Virus record (IMG/VR): IMGVR_UViG_3300025141_012093
Span: 4,421-68,420 of that record
Direction: 5' to 3' (one strand)
Length of the DNA stretch: 64,000 nucleotides
From: a virus
Part shown: positions 31,344-40,340 of the stretch, piece by piece
Position numbering within the stretch: position 1 is the first letter of the stretch
Layout: each line of letters starts with the position of its first letter
Made by a program: the position numbers and the translations under genes
The notes under the pieces: generated by a model
Told to the model about the DNA's origin: nothing
Seen by the model: only the letters and a program-made list of their open reading frames with translations
The model's database searches: none

Positions 31344-32092
31344 TTTTGAACCACTGCAATGAAACTACAATAATCCCCCCAATTAGACTTGAAGATTGGA
31401 TAATTTCTTTTAGTGGCATATTCGTACAAGGCCCTATGCTCTCCCTGGAGAGGGTCATCGGGGTGTAGAAAGCCAGAATCTACTATCAAAATTGTGTTAT
31501 TTACGAAGTATTTTTCTAAGTTAAAAAGACCTTCTATTCCTGGCTTGTACACATTAGTGTCAATATTGACCATTGAAATCATTTTGCTACGAGGCATAAA
31601 ATTTTTAGTTGTTTCGCAAATATCTCCCTTTATGAGTTCGACATCAACAAAATCAACAAGAGAGTTCAATTCCTCCTGTAAATCATCCCTAGAGTGAAGC
31701 CATCGATCAGAATCTTGATTTTCTCTCAGCGCTTCAGCAAGCCGATTACCTTCATCTTTAATATGCTCTTCAAGATATCCTTCAAATGTATCAAAGCCAT
31801 AAATTGCAACATTTTTTCGATTAAGTTCTTGAAGACACCAAGAAAAAACTGCCACATTATGCCCAGGACCGGATCCTAATTCTACAATATCGCCAGGAGG
31901 ACAGCGCATTATCAACTCAGATTGTATTTTAATTCTTCCTATTCTTCGACCGTGGATTTCAGGAAAATACCAATACTTATTTGCGCCCGGATAAGGAAGG
32001 GAATCACAAATATCTGTTTCAGCACGTTCGGCTGATCGAGCGTTCTTGAAATCTTCTAAAGAATAGATTTGTTGAAAGAGTCTGTTGTTCAT
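31340..32092 (-). CDS. TylF/MycF/NovP-family O-methyltransferase
   Basis: PGDIVELG, YGFDTFEG, LIKGDI.ET, NIDT..Y. Confidence 0.85.
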   Translation of the reverse strand: MNNRLFQQIYSLEDFKNARSAERAETDICDSLPYPGANKYWYFPEIHGRRIGRIKIQSELIMRCPPGDIVELGSGPGHNVAVFSWCLQELNRKNVAIYGFDTFEGYLEEHIKDEGNRLAEALRENQDSDRWLHSRDDLQEELNSLVDFVDVELIKGDICETTKNFMPRSKMISMVNIDTNVYKPGIEGLFNLEKYFVNNTILIVDSGFLHPDDPLQGEHRALYEYATKRNYPIFKSNWGDYCSFIAVVQK

Positions 32093-32835
32093 TATTGGTC
32101 TGCCTTTTTAAAGAAAACGTGATCATAATAAGTAACAATAGGGTTCGATGGATCTCTATCTCTTACTTTGAAAACAAGTGGAGGGGGTACAGAGCCAGGG
32201 GCCTTTCCTGTGTTACTCCACGTAAGATGCGTTAACTCGTAGCCCCTTCCAATAAAAGATTGATTAAAAACAAGATAGTTACAAATATTGAAATAGCGTG
32301 CGTCTTTAGGCCCAGGATGCTTGGCGTAAGTGTAAAAAGATTGATCTTCTCCTTGTACTGCCAAAATAGAGCGTGTTAATAAAATACAGGTGGCATCAGT
32401 GTTACAAAAGTTTTTAATGTTCTCTTCTACTGAATCTTCTGTCAAGTTGATTGTGGCGTCGCTATAGAATATATGTGGACTCTTGGGGGCGTCGTCCAGA
32501 GATGTGAAGTATTTCACTTCATCGCCAAGATCTTTTCCGACACCAGGAAGCTCGATAATATTGTAATCGAATTCTTTGTCGGTGGCCCTTTTCAATGTGG
32601 CATAAGCCTTGCCGTTTCCTCCTCCATAATCAACGATAGTTAGCTTTTTATCGGGAAAAGCCTTGACAACATCAATTAGTTTTTGCACTGACATATTGGA
32701 AACGGGCTTTCCATCGTCACGGTGAGATCCGTAAGACGACCTTGGGCGTGGGATTTCTTCTTCGGTGGAATAATGGCCTTCAAATACCACTGGGTGTATC
32801 CTAACTTCATATTCAGCTTGGTCTTGTTCATTCAT
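32092..32835 (-). CDS. Methyltransferase, TIGR04325-like
   Basis: IVDYGGGNG, YNIIELP. Confidence 0.65.
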   Translation of the reverse strand: MNEQDQAEYEVRIHPVVFEGHYSTEEEIPRPRSSYGSHRDDGKPVSNMSVQKLIDVVKAFPDKKLTIVDYGGGNGKAYATLKRATDKEFDYNIIELPGVGKDLGDEVKYFTSLDDAPKSPHIFYSDATINLTEDSVEENIKNFCNTDATCILLTRSILAVQGEDQSFYTYAKHPGPKDARYFNICNYLVFNQSFIGRGYELTHLTWSNTGKAPGSVPPPLVFKVRDRDPSNPIVTYYDHVFFKKADQ

Positions 32836-34016
32836 TTTATCACCTGTACTATTGGAACGTGGGTTATAAAATAACCTCCTCTGTCAATAAAGTTAACCTC
32901 TTTTTTAAGAATCTCGTCTTTAAAATTCCAAGCGCCCAGATAAGCAACATCAACACTGTCATCGAATCCTTGTTCCGGTGAGATTACGGGAATATGAGAG
33001 CCAGGGGCCAGTTTCCCTTGTTTGTGAGGTGTTGTGTCAACAATGTAATCAATGTGGTCAGTTGAGATACCGCAATAGTTAAATACCGTTGTTGATTTAG
33101 AAGTCGCGCCATAACTAACAATCTTTTTACCTTGATCCCTCAAGCTTTCAAGAATTATAACCAATTCATCTTTGGACTGCTTTACTTTTTCGCCAAATTT
33201 TATATAAGTATTAAAACTTTCTAGGCCCATCTCCTGTTCCTTTTGGAGATTAAGGTCTACGTCAATCGTAGGGAAAATTTTATTATTGTTCTTATGTTTT
33301 ACGTAGATCCTGTTGCTTCCACCGTGAACCGAGAGGTTTGCAACGTGAAAGATCTCCAGTCCGTTTCTCTCAAGAATGTTTTTAAGCGCCATAACGGAAA
33401 AAATATGAGCGTGTTCGTCGTATATCTGGTCATATGAATTTCTTTCAATCATCTTATCCAAAGCTGGATCTTCAAACACAAAGACGCCTTCATCGGTTAG
33501 CAACGTTCTAATGGCTGTAAAGGCATCATCCAGATCTTGAATGTGACACATACAGTTTGCAGAAAAGATTAAATCTTGCTTTCCGTGTTCAATCAAGATC
33601 TTCTTAGATAATTCTGTGTTCCAGAATTTAGGAAAAGTATGATAACCTTTTTTGTTTGTAATCTCAGCGAAGTTGGAGCAAGGCTCAACAGCGATAGTGG
33701 TGGCTGAATCAAAGTTCTTAATGAATACGCCGTCATTGCTGCCAATTTCCATCACCTTGGTCGGATTGTAAGCCTCCTTGAATTCAGAAGCTGCTGACGC
33801 AAAATGATCTCTCATGGTTTGAGACATTGAAGACACATAAACGTATGAATCGTTGAACATTAACTCGGGCTTGACGAACTCGGCCAAAGAAACAAGCTTT
33901 GTTTCATCGTCAAATACAACACGAAGATTAAAGAAGAATTCATCTTCAGGCGGTTCTCCTTCAATAAATCCATTTGCGATAGGCTGTTGGCCTAAATCAA
34001 GAAATAATTTTTTCAT
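32832..34016 (-). CDS. NDP-hexose C-methyltransferase (TylCIII/NovU/TcaB9 family)
   Basis: LDLGQQPIANGF, EIGSNDG, YDQIYDEH, HGGS.R, YGATSK, AWNF..EI. Confidence 0.93.
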   Translation of the reverse strand: MKKLFLDLGQQPIANGFIEGEPPEDEFFFNLRVVFDDETKLVSLAEFVKPELMFNDSYVYVSSMSQTMRDHFASAASEFKEAYNPTKVMEIGSNDGVFIKNFDSATTIAVEPCSNFAEITNKKGYHTFPKFWNTELSKKILIEHGKQDLIFSANCMCHIQDLDDAFTAIRTLLTDEGVFVFEDPALDKMIERNSYDQIYDEHAHIFSVMALKNILERNGLEIFHVANLSVHGGSNRIYVKHKNNNKIFPTIDVDLNLQKEQEMGLESFNTYIKFGEKVKQSKDELVIILESLRDQGKKIVSYGATSKSTTVFNYCGISTDHIDYIVDTTPHKQGKLAPGSHIPVISPEQGFDDSVDVAYLGAWNFKDEILKKEVNFIDRGGYFITHVPIVQVIK

Positions 34017-35071
34017 TTTTCAATCCTTCTGAAAATAAAATCAGATAAGTATCTGTCACTTTGTCGCCACGTTCCATTAACCTGAAAAGCGTGCTTTGCT
34101 GGTCTCTCAGTGTGGAATACAGCTTCATAACCACATTTTTGCAGAAATGATGTCAATTCATTAGAATTATAGATCACATAAGGAGTCATATATTTTATGT
34201 CCCACCTCTGAGTTGTTAAATAGGAGGCGTCTTCTTTACTAGTGTACAGTTCTCCAATACAAATAGTGGCGGGCTTCACGAGTGTTATTTTTTTAAATAA
34301 ATTCTTCCAATGATTACCAACAGGATCTAGATCTTGATCTGGCGCAACTTTGGGACCATCAGGATATTGGAGGCCGCCCCTGGAGAAGAATATGTCTAAT
34401 TTGTTTGTCTTATCAGGAATTTCGTTTATAAATTTTATTTTATAATCCCCAATAGATTGCCAATAATCGTTACATAAACCGACTATGCTGCCTAATTCAA
34501 CAACAGTGTAATCAACGCCAGAAAAATTAAGATCTTCTTCAACAAGAGACGCATAGTGAAGACCTACATTTCCACCGTAGTCTATGATCTTAAGATTTTC
34601 TTGATTTGGATGATATTCTTTGATTGTGTTGATAAGGTGATAGTTTCTTTCTTTTTCTTCAAAAAGAATCTCTCTATCATTATCAAGTATATCAGTTATT
34701 CTTTGATGATCTGCCGTTAATTCATCAAAGCTCCTAATATACCCAATTTTATTGTAACTGGTTGAGAGGCCCAATTTAATGCCATTCGTTTTTTCCTCAG
34801 TATCAAGATAATTAATAAGTTTTCGTAGCACTGTTTCGGGGTCTCCCTCAAATTCAAAACCCTCAAATTGTAATACGCCGCCTACCCTTCGTGGGTCGCG
34901 GAAAGACTCTTCCTCGGTAAAAGCAATAAATTTTGTATTCTGAGCCAGCCACTCAGTAACATTCTTTATTCTTCCAGCAGTCATCAAAATGTCTTCGTGA
35001 CTTTTGTATGAACCCACGAAGCTCAAAACAGAATCAAATTCATCAGAAGTGTTTTCATCAAATTCAGACAT
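34013..35071 (-). CDS. Methyltransferase, TIGR04325-like, with N-terminal extension
   Basis: IIDYGGNVGLHY, YTVVEL, GGLQY. Confidence 0.65.
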   Translation of the reverse strand: MSEFDENTSDEFDSVLSFVGSYKSHEDILMTAGRIKNVTEWLAQNTKFIAFTEEESFRDPRRVGGVLQFEGFEFEGDPETVLRKLINYLDTEEKTNGIKLGLSTSYNKIGYIRSFDELTADHQRITDILDNDREILFEEKERNYHLINTIKEYHPNQENLKIIDYGGNVGLHYASLVEEDLNFSGVDYTVVELGSIVGLCNDYWQSIGDYKIKFINEIPDKTNKLDIFFSRGGLQYPDGPKVAPDQDLDPVGNHWKNLFKKITLVKPATICIGELYTSKEDASYLTTQRWDIKYMTPYVIYNSNELTSFLQKCGYEAVFHTERPAKHAFQVNGTWRQSDRYLSDFIFRRIEK

Positions 35072-35743
35072 CTATAACTCTCCCAATATCAACTCGGCAC
35101 GGTGGATATCGCTTATGTCATCAATATCGACGTACCTGTCTTTTGGGAATTCGGTGCCTCTTACATTACCAATAAAAAAGTTCTTGTTTTTTTCCAGCTT
35201 ATTCCACCAAGACATATAGTATGCACCAGTTGGTTTGTGATGTTTTTGAATAAAACGACTGTTTGTCATCCCAGCAGTCAAATTATCAAACACTGGGATA
35301 AGATCATCGCCTTTCTTAATCATAGCAAGCTGAATTGGTTCTGAGTATTCTACGACAGAAACCACAGAATCTGTGCTGGTGGTTAGAAGACTCAATCCAT
35401 TGATAATATGCTTAGGAGTAACCAGCGGACACGTAGGTAAGAAATAGCTAAAAACATCGTGTTTAGGTATATCCTCCATCATAGCGATGAGGGCCTCCAA
35501 CACAGTCATACGATCAGTGGCGTATTCAGGAGGGCGTTCATATACTTGCACACCGTAACCTTCTGCAATCTTTGCAATATCTTCACTGTCGGTGGAGACC
35601 ATAATTGTATCAAAACAATTTGTCTCTAAAACGGCTTCGATAGCATAACCAATCAGCGGCTTGCCATTAAGGGGATGAAAGTTTTTATTTTTTAATCTTT
35701 TTGATCCTGCTCGTGCTGGAATTATCGCTAGTTTCGTAGTCAT
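35072..35743 (-). CDS. neuA: Acylneuraminate (CMP-nonulosonate) cytidylyltransferase
   Basis: AIIPARAGSKRLKNKN, VSTDS, PTCP, VDIDD..D. Confidence 0.92.
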   Translation of the reverse strand: MTTKLAIIPARAGSKRLKNKNFHPLNGKPLIGYAIEAVLETNCFDTIMVSTDSEDIAKIAEGYGVQVYERPPEYATDRMTVLEALIAMMEDIPKHDVFSYFLPTCPLVTPKHIINGLSLLTTSTDSVVSVVEYSEPIQLAMIKKGDDLIPVFDNLTAGMTNSRFIQKHHKPTGAYYMSWWNKLEKNKNFFIGNVRGTEFPKDRYVDIDDISDIHRAELILGEL

Positions 35744-35750
35744 TTGTCTC

Positions 35751-36701
35751 CTAATCTCTGTAATATTTTGACTGCTGTATCTGTTTTAATGTCTTCATAA
35801 GCTCTTTATGATCTTCGTCAGAAATAGATACCAAGGGTGGCCGCTCAACACGGCTCATAATCCCTAGCTCGTCCATCGCAGACTTAAGAGCCGGGTGCCA
35901 ACCGCAAGACATTGCGGCCCCGAGAAACGGGCGCTCAATTTCATTGATAATACCCCAAGATGTTTGGATGTCATCATCGACACAAGCTTTATAAAAATCC
36001 AAAGCAACTCGTGGAGCAAAGCTCCCTACACCAACCAAATAGGCGTGGCACCCCATTCTATGGAAGTGGACAAATTGTCGTTTGCCTCTTCCTGAAATGA
36101 TAACGTTTAACCGATCACCAAGTCTTTCAATGATCTTTTCTGAGAAGACTGGCTGCTTGCTGTCTTCTTTAATGGCGATAACGTTATCAATATCAGCAAT
36201 TCTATCCAACAAATCTAAAGGATAAAGAACATCCCCTCCTGCTTTAGAAGGAAGTTTCTGTTCGTGGATAAGAATTCCAATATTTGAGTTCTGAGCTACT
36301 GTATTAAAGTGATTGAATACTTGATCGTCACTGTAATAACGCTCCATAAAAATCATACTAAGTATGTCTGCTCCGCAGTCTTCAGCGTGTTTTGCAAAAT
36401 CTACGCTGACACTTGTTGGATTTGTAAGGGGATCGGCCACAATAGATATGCAATCTTCAGGTTTATCTTTAATCCTGCGTGTGACCACCTCATTGAGCTT
36501 CTTCATTTCATCCCATGACAGCAAGCTAAAGCGGCTGTTATAGGTCATAATATAAAAATTTCTTACTCCCTTGTCATAAAGAAAATCTACATACTCACAG
36601 GCTGCGTCGTAATCAACCTCGTAAGAGGGAGCGCCTTTAAAGGGCGTTATGATGGGAAATATTGGCCCTTTAAGGTTATTTTTAATCTTATTATAATTCA
36701 T
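35751..36701 (-). CDS. DHDPS/N-acetylneuraminate-lyase superfamily aldolase
   Basis: PIITPF, VD, IAIKED Schiff-base Lys, RPPL. Confidence 0.82.
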   Translation of the reverse strand: MNYNKIKNNLKGPIFPIITPFKGAPSYEVDYDAACEYVDFLYDKGVRNFYIMTYNSRFSLLSWDEMKKLNEVVTRRIKDKPEDCISIVADPLTNPTSVSVDFAKHAEDCGADILSMIFMERYYSDDQVFNHFNTVAQNSNIGILIHEQKLPSKAGGDVLYPLDLLDRIADIDNVIAIKEDSKQPVFSEKIIERLGDRLNVIISGRGKRQFVHFHRMGCHAYLVGVGSFAPRVALDFYKACVDDDIQTSWGIINEIERPFLGAAMSCGWHPALKSAMDELGIMSRVERPPLVSISDEDHKELMKTLKQIQQSKYYRD

Positions 36702-37056
36702 CTTGATTCGGTCCTCCTATGACTATTACCTTGGGATCGCTCAATTCAGCAAAAAAATCATCAGCATTAATGGCTTTATCGTCAATAAAAAGGTCATAAT
36801 ATGGCTTCTGAAGGGATACTTTTGTGTATTTTGCACCCCAAGAGTTTAATTGTTGAACTGTAAGTTCTGTCCAATCTTTTTTGGTTAGGGATCCTCGGGC
36901 CGTCCAGTAAACAATGGTATGCCCTAGATCGTATAACTCGTTTACTCTTCCAATGTTTTCTTCAATTGGTATTGCTTTCGCATAATCACGCTCCTGTGTT
37001 ACATCAGCGTTTTTATGATAGCAAATTGTCTCGTCAATATCAACATATATTACCAT
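36691..37056 (-). CDS. Small HAD-superfamily phosphatase
   Basis: DIDETIC, WTARG, KP.YDLFIDDK. Confidence 0.85.
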   Translation of the reverse strand: MVIYVDIDETICYHKNADVTQERDYAKAIPIEENIGRVNELYDLGHTIVYWTARGSLTKKDWTELTVQQLNSWGAKYTKVSLQKPYYDLFIDDKAINADDFFAELSDPKVIVIGGPNQDEL

Positions 37057-37895
37057 TATTTACCTCGCAAGCTCTTTCTTTTTGATAATTCAGAGGGAAA
37101 CAAAATTCTCTCCGTTTGTTCTTCTGGTCCTAATGACTGCTCCAAAATCCTTATGCCACGGAGCAACTTAATTGTCCCCACTGGATCTACAGAGGATGCT
37201 TGATCGCTGCCCCACATTGTCCTATCAAGAGTAACGTGGCGCTCGATCCAGTTGGCACCCAGCGTAACGGCTGCAAAGGTGGTGACAAGGCCGTATTCGT
37301 GGCCGCTGTAACCAATAGCAGCATCAGGATATTTCTTCCTTAAGTGCTTGATATAATTAAGGTTTAGCTCTTCATAAGCAGACGGATAAGAAGAGTTAGT
37401 GTGCATTATAACATCAGGCTTACCCACACGAACTGCCTCTTCAATCTCATCTTCTGTACTCATACCCGTAGAAATAATCAAAAAATTAAATTTCTCTCTG
37501 GCGTATTTGAGAAGCTCTAGGTCAGTGATGAGCGCAGAAGGTATCTTTCCAACGTCTGTGTAAGACGCCATAAAGTCAGTTGAGGCCAAATCCCAAACAG
37601 ATGCAAACCATTTGATACCTTGATCTTTACAGTATCGATCAATCTCATCGTATTCCTCTTTGCCAAACTCAATACGTTTCTTGTAGTCAATGTATTTTAT
37701 TGTGCCCCAAGGAGTCTCTCTCAACTTGTCCTTTTGGGCTTCTGGGACACATATATCTGGCTCTCTTTTCTGGAACTTAACATAATCGCAGCCAGCTATG
37801 TTGGCAGCGTCGATAAGTCTTTTGGCCAGGTCTAAAGACCCATTGTGGTTAATTCCAATTTCAGCGATAACATTGGTGTGATTAGTCTCTACCAT
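37056..37895 (-). CDS. neuB: N-acetylneuraminate/nonulosonate(-9-phosphate) synthase, lacking the C-terminal antifreeze-like domain
   Basis: IAEIGINHNG, KFQKR, ISTGMS, HTNSSYP, GYSGHE, IERHVTLDR; start at MVETNH. Confidence 0.93.
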   Translation of the reverse strand: MVETNHTNVIAEIGINHNGSLDLAKRLIDAANIAGCDYVKFQKREPDICVPEAQKDKLRETPWGTIKYIDYKKRIEFGKEEYDEIDRYCKDQGIKWFASVWDLASTDFMASYTDVGKIPSALITDLELLKYAREKFNFLIISTGMSTEDEIEEAVRVGKPDVIMHTNSSYPSAYEELNLNYIKHLRKKYPDAAIGYSGHEYGLVTTFAAVTLGANWIERHVTLDRTMWGSDQASSVDPVGTIKLLRGIRILEQSLGPEEQTERILFPSELSKRKSLRGK

Positions 37896-38575
37896 ATCGT
37901 ATAACCTCCATCCACTACGAACTCTGATCCCGTGCAATACGAAGAATCATCAGAACATAAAAATTTAACTAAACCGTTAAGCTCTCCCACCTTCATCATT
38001 CGTTGAGAAGGGGATTTTGTTGAATACTTGTCCATAAACTCAGTGCCTTGATTGTTCTCCACGCCGCCAGGTATAACACAATTTACTCTTATCTTGGGAG
38101 CCAGATGAACAGCAAGATATTTGGTTAGCTGGATCACAGAGGCTTTTGATACGGAGTACCCAGCGTGCTTGTGCTTGCCGTCCCTGTAAATGCGAGGATC
38201 GGGAGACTTAAGACCATAAATGGAAGAAAAATTAATAATGTTACCTTTGGGATTATTTCGAGCATACTCGCGACAAACAGAGAACAAGCTTGTTACATTA
38301 GTTCTCATATACTGATCAAAAGAATCTAGCGAAACATTGAACAGAGTTGATACATTTTCGTTATCTTTGTCGATGTGTTCATTCATAGCAAATAAATTAA
38401 TAAGATGATTAGCCTTGTTTTCCTTAAACCAAGCCTTCACGAAGCTTTCATCAGTCAAATCGTGACCAAGACTCCGAGAACACTTTATTATATCATAGCC
38501 AGATTTCTCAAGAAAGCAAGTAATTTCTTTACCAATTAGCCCTTGAGAGCCAGTTATTATAACCCTGTCGCTCAT
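37889..38575 (-). CDS. Short-chain dehydrogenase/reductase (PtmA-like)
   Basis: TGSQGLIG, SSIYG, YSVSK, VVDGG. Confidence 0.88.
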   Translation of the reverse strand: MSDRVIITGSQGLIGKEITCFLEKSGYDIIKCSRSLGHDLTDESFVKAWFKENKANHLINLFAMNEHIDKDNENVSTLFNVSLDSFDQYMRTNVTSLFSVCREYARNNPKGNIINFSSIYGLKSPDPRIYRDGKHKHAGYSVSKASVIQLTKYLAVHLAPKIRVNCVIPGGVENNQGTEFMDKYSTKSPSQRMMKVGELNGLVKFLCSDDSSYCTGSEFVVDGGYTIW

Positions 38576-38576
38576 T

Positions 38577-39701
38577 TTACCCCGCTAATTGGCCCATCTT
38601 GGGCATATCGCATTCTTTAGTGCATTTGATGCAAGGATTTAAATCGAAGTGATCCAAGCGGAATTTGCTGTATAATTCACCATTCCAGATGTCGTATAGG
38701 GAATTTTTACGAGCGTTGCCAAGGAAGATCTCATTATTGAAGTCTTCCATACACATATGAATCTCACCGTCTGACTTGACAGTTATCGACATCCAAGGGT
38801 GTTTGCAAACCTCTCTCCAGTGAATAGCGTTTGTGCCGTAAAAGTCCTGTTCTTGCTCAGGAGCATCGCGGCCTTTTTTATCAAGATAATTAAGAAGAGT
38901 CTCGTCTTTTCTATACCACTGTTGGTCTTCACTTTTAAGATAGATGTATACGTCCATATCTCTGAAGGCTTTGCTTAGCCTGCGGAATTCTTCTTGCTGT
39001 TCTTCATCGTGGCCAACGTCGATCATCGTAATGACAATCTTTGTGTCGTATCCTTTCTCTTCTTTAATACGCATAATTTCTTTAGTCTTTTCAAAGGCTT
39101 CGGTGAAATTGGCAGCATTGCCACGGATGTCTTTGAACTTCATATCATCGGTACTTTCAAAAGAATATTTAAGATAGGTCAGGCCAGCTTCCATTTGCTC
39201 AACTGTGCTTTCCACATCAATGTTGGCAGGATTACAGCTAAAGTATGATTCAAAGCCGTGCTCAGTCAAGCCTCTGACGACATTTGAGAGGTTTTTATCA
39301 AGCAGAGGGTCACCATAGCCGTGAAGCTGGATTACGCGAGGAATAATATATAAAAAGAAGTGATTCTCGCTAGGCTCAGAATCAGGGGCAATACCGTAGG
39401 TTTCTGTACAGAACTTCTCCCATTCGGCCCAAAGCTCATCACTATGGGGTTTTATTTGTTCGAAGATTCCATTGTAGAACTCTTGTTCTAAGTATGTAAT
39501 TCGACGTGTCATCTTGGTTGTGCGTGGGCACATCTTGCATCGCATATTACAGTTATTGGTCGTTTCAATGTTGTAAATAATAGGCTCTTTTGACCTAAAT
39601 TCTTCCCATAGTTTAATAAGTTTTTCTCTTGGGACCTCTTCGCCTTGGTCGAGCTTCTTGAGCCACGGATAAGACTTCATATAGAAATTAATATCATACA
39701 T
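38577..39701 (-). CDS. Radical SAM enzyme with SPASM/Twitch domain
   Basis: CNMRCKMC; C-terminal CKHPW...CMED...CIKC..EC. Confidence 0.9.
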   Translation of the reverse strand: MYDINFYMKSYPWLKKLDQGEEVPREKLIKLWEEFRSKEPIIYNIETTNNCNMRCKMCPRTTKMTRRITYLEQEFYNGIFEQIKPHSDELWAEWEKFCTETYGIAPDSEPSENHFFLYIIPRVIQLHGYGDPLLDKNLSNVVRGLTEHGFESYFSCNPANIDVESTVEQMEAGLTYLKYSFESTDDMKFKDIRGNAANFTEAFEKTKEIMRIKEEKGYDTKIVITMIDVGHDEEQQEEFRRLSKAFRDMDVYIYLKSEDQQWYRKDETLLNYLDKKGRDAPEQEQDFYGTNAIHWREVCKHPWMSITVKSDGEIHMCMEDFNNEIFLGNARKNSLYDIWNGELYSKFRLDHFDLNPCIKCTKECDMPKMGQLAG

Positions 39702-39716
39702 TTTTGTTACCTCTGA

Positions 39717-40340
39717 TTAATTTAGCTTAACTCTGCCTTGATTAGATAGTTCTGATATGAATTGCTTCTCAAAACTCACACCGTGATATGAGCTAGCGTC
39801 TGGTCTAGATCTCTCGTAATAATGATCACGGCTGCGATTGGTTGTGTCAAAGCCATATAAAGATGGCACAATATCCAGTAAAACACACAAACATATGAAA
39901 CCCACACCTAGAGTGGGGTATTTTTCTTCTGGAAAGCCAAAGTGAGACTTTATAGCTTCGGTGGCTCCATACTCATATAGAAACAATTCATTGCTGGAAT
40001 GGGTGTTTGTATCTCTTCTGCGCCAAGGATCTAGGTCAGAAGCAAAATATAAAATCTTGGTATCTCGCAAGTTTCTTACAAAATCTTTTGGTTGATCGCT
40101 GTATCCTTCGTGCAGGATATCGTTGTTATTAAATACGTGGTTGTTGATCACACGCAAGGTTGTTTTGGCACCAACATCGCTTTCAAAGCCCACAACCGGG
40201 GCACGGTTGAACCTAATGACATCGGTATGAGAATCGATGATTTTACCACACTCTGATCCTCTTAGGATACCAGATGAACCCACTATAGCAACATTGTCTG
40301 ATATTGTCAAGCTTGGATTAACAAAAGGTATCTTTTTCAT
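39717..40340 (-). CDS. GT29-family sialyltransferase-like glycosyltransferase
   Basis: Sialylmotif L (VAIVGSSGIL...G..IDSH..VIRFN.AP...DVG.KT), S (PTLG...LYGF), III (HYYE), VS (HxxxxE). Confidence 0.88.
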   Translation of the reverse strand: MKKIPFVNPSLTISDNVAIVGSSGILRGSECGKIIDSHTDVIRFNRAPVVGFESDVGAKTTLRVINNHVFNNNDILHEGYSDQPKDFVRNLRDTKILYFASDLDPWRRRDTNTHSSNELFLYEYGATEAIKSHFGFPEEKYPTLGVGFICLCVLLDIVPSLYGFDTTNRSRDHYYERSRPDASSYHGVSFEKQFISELSNQGRVKLN

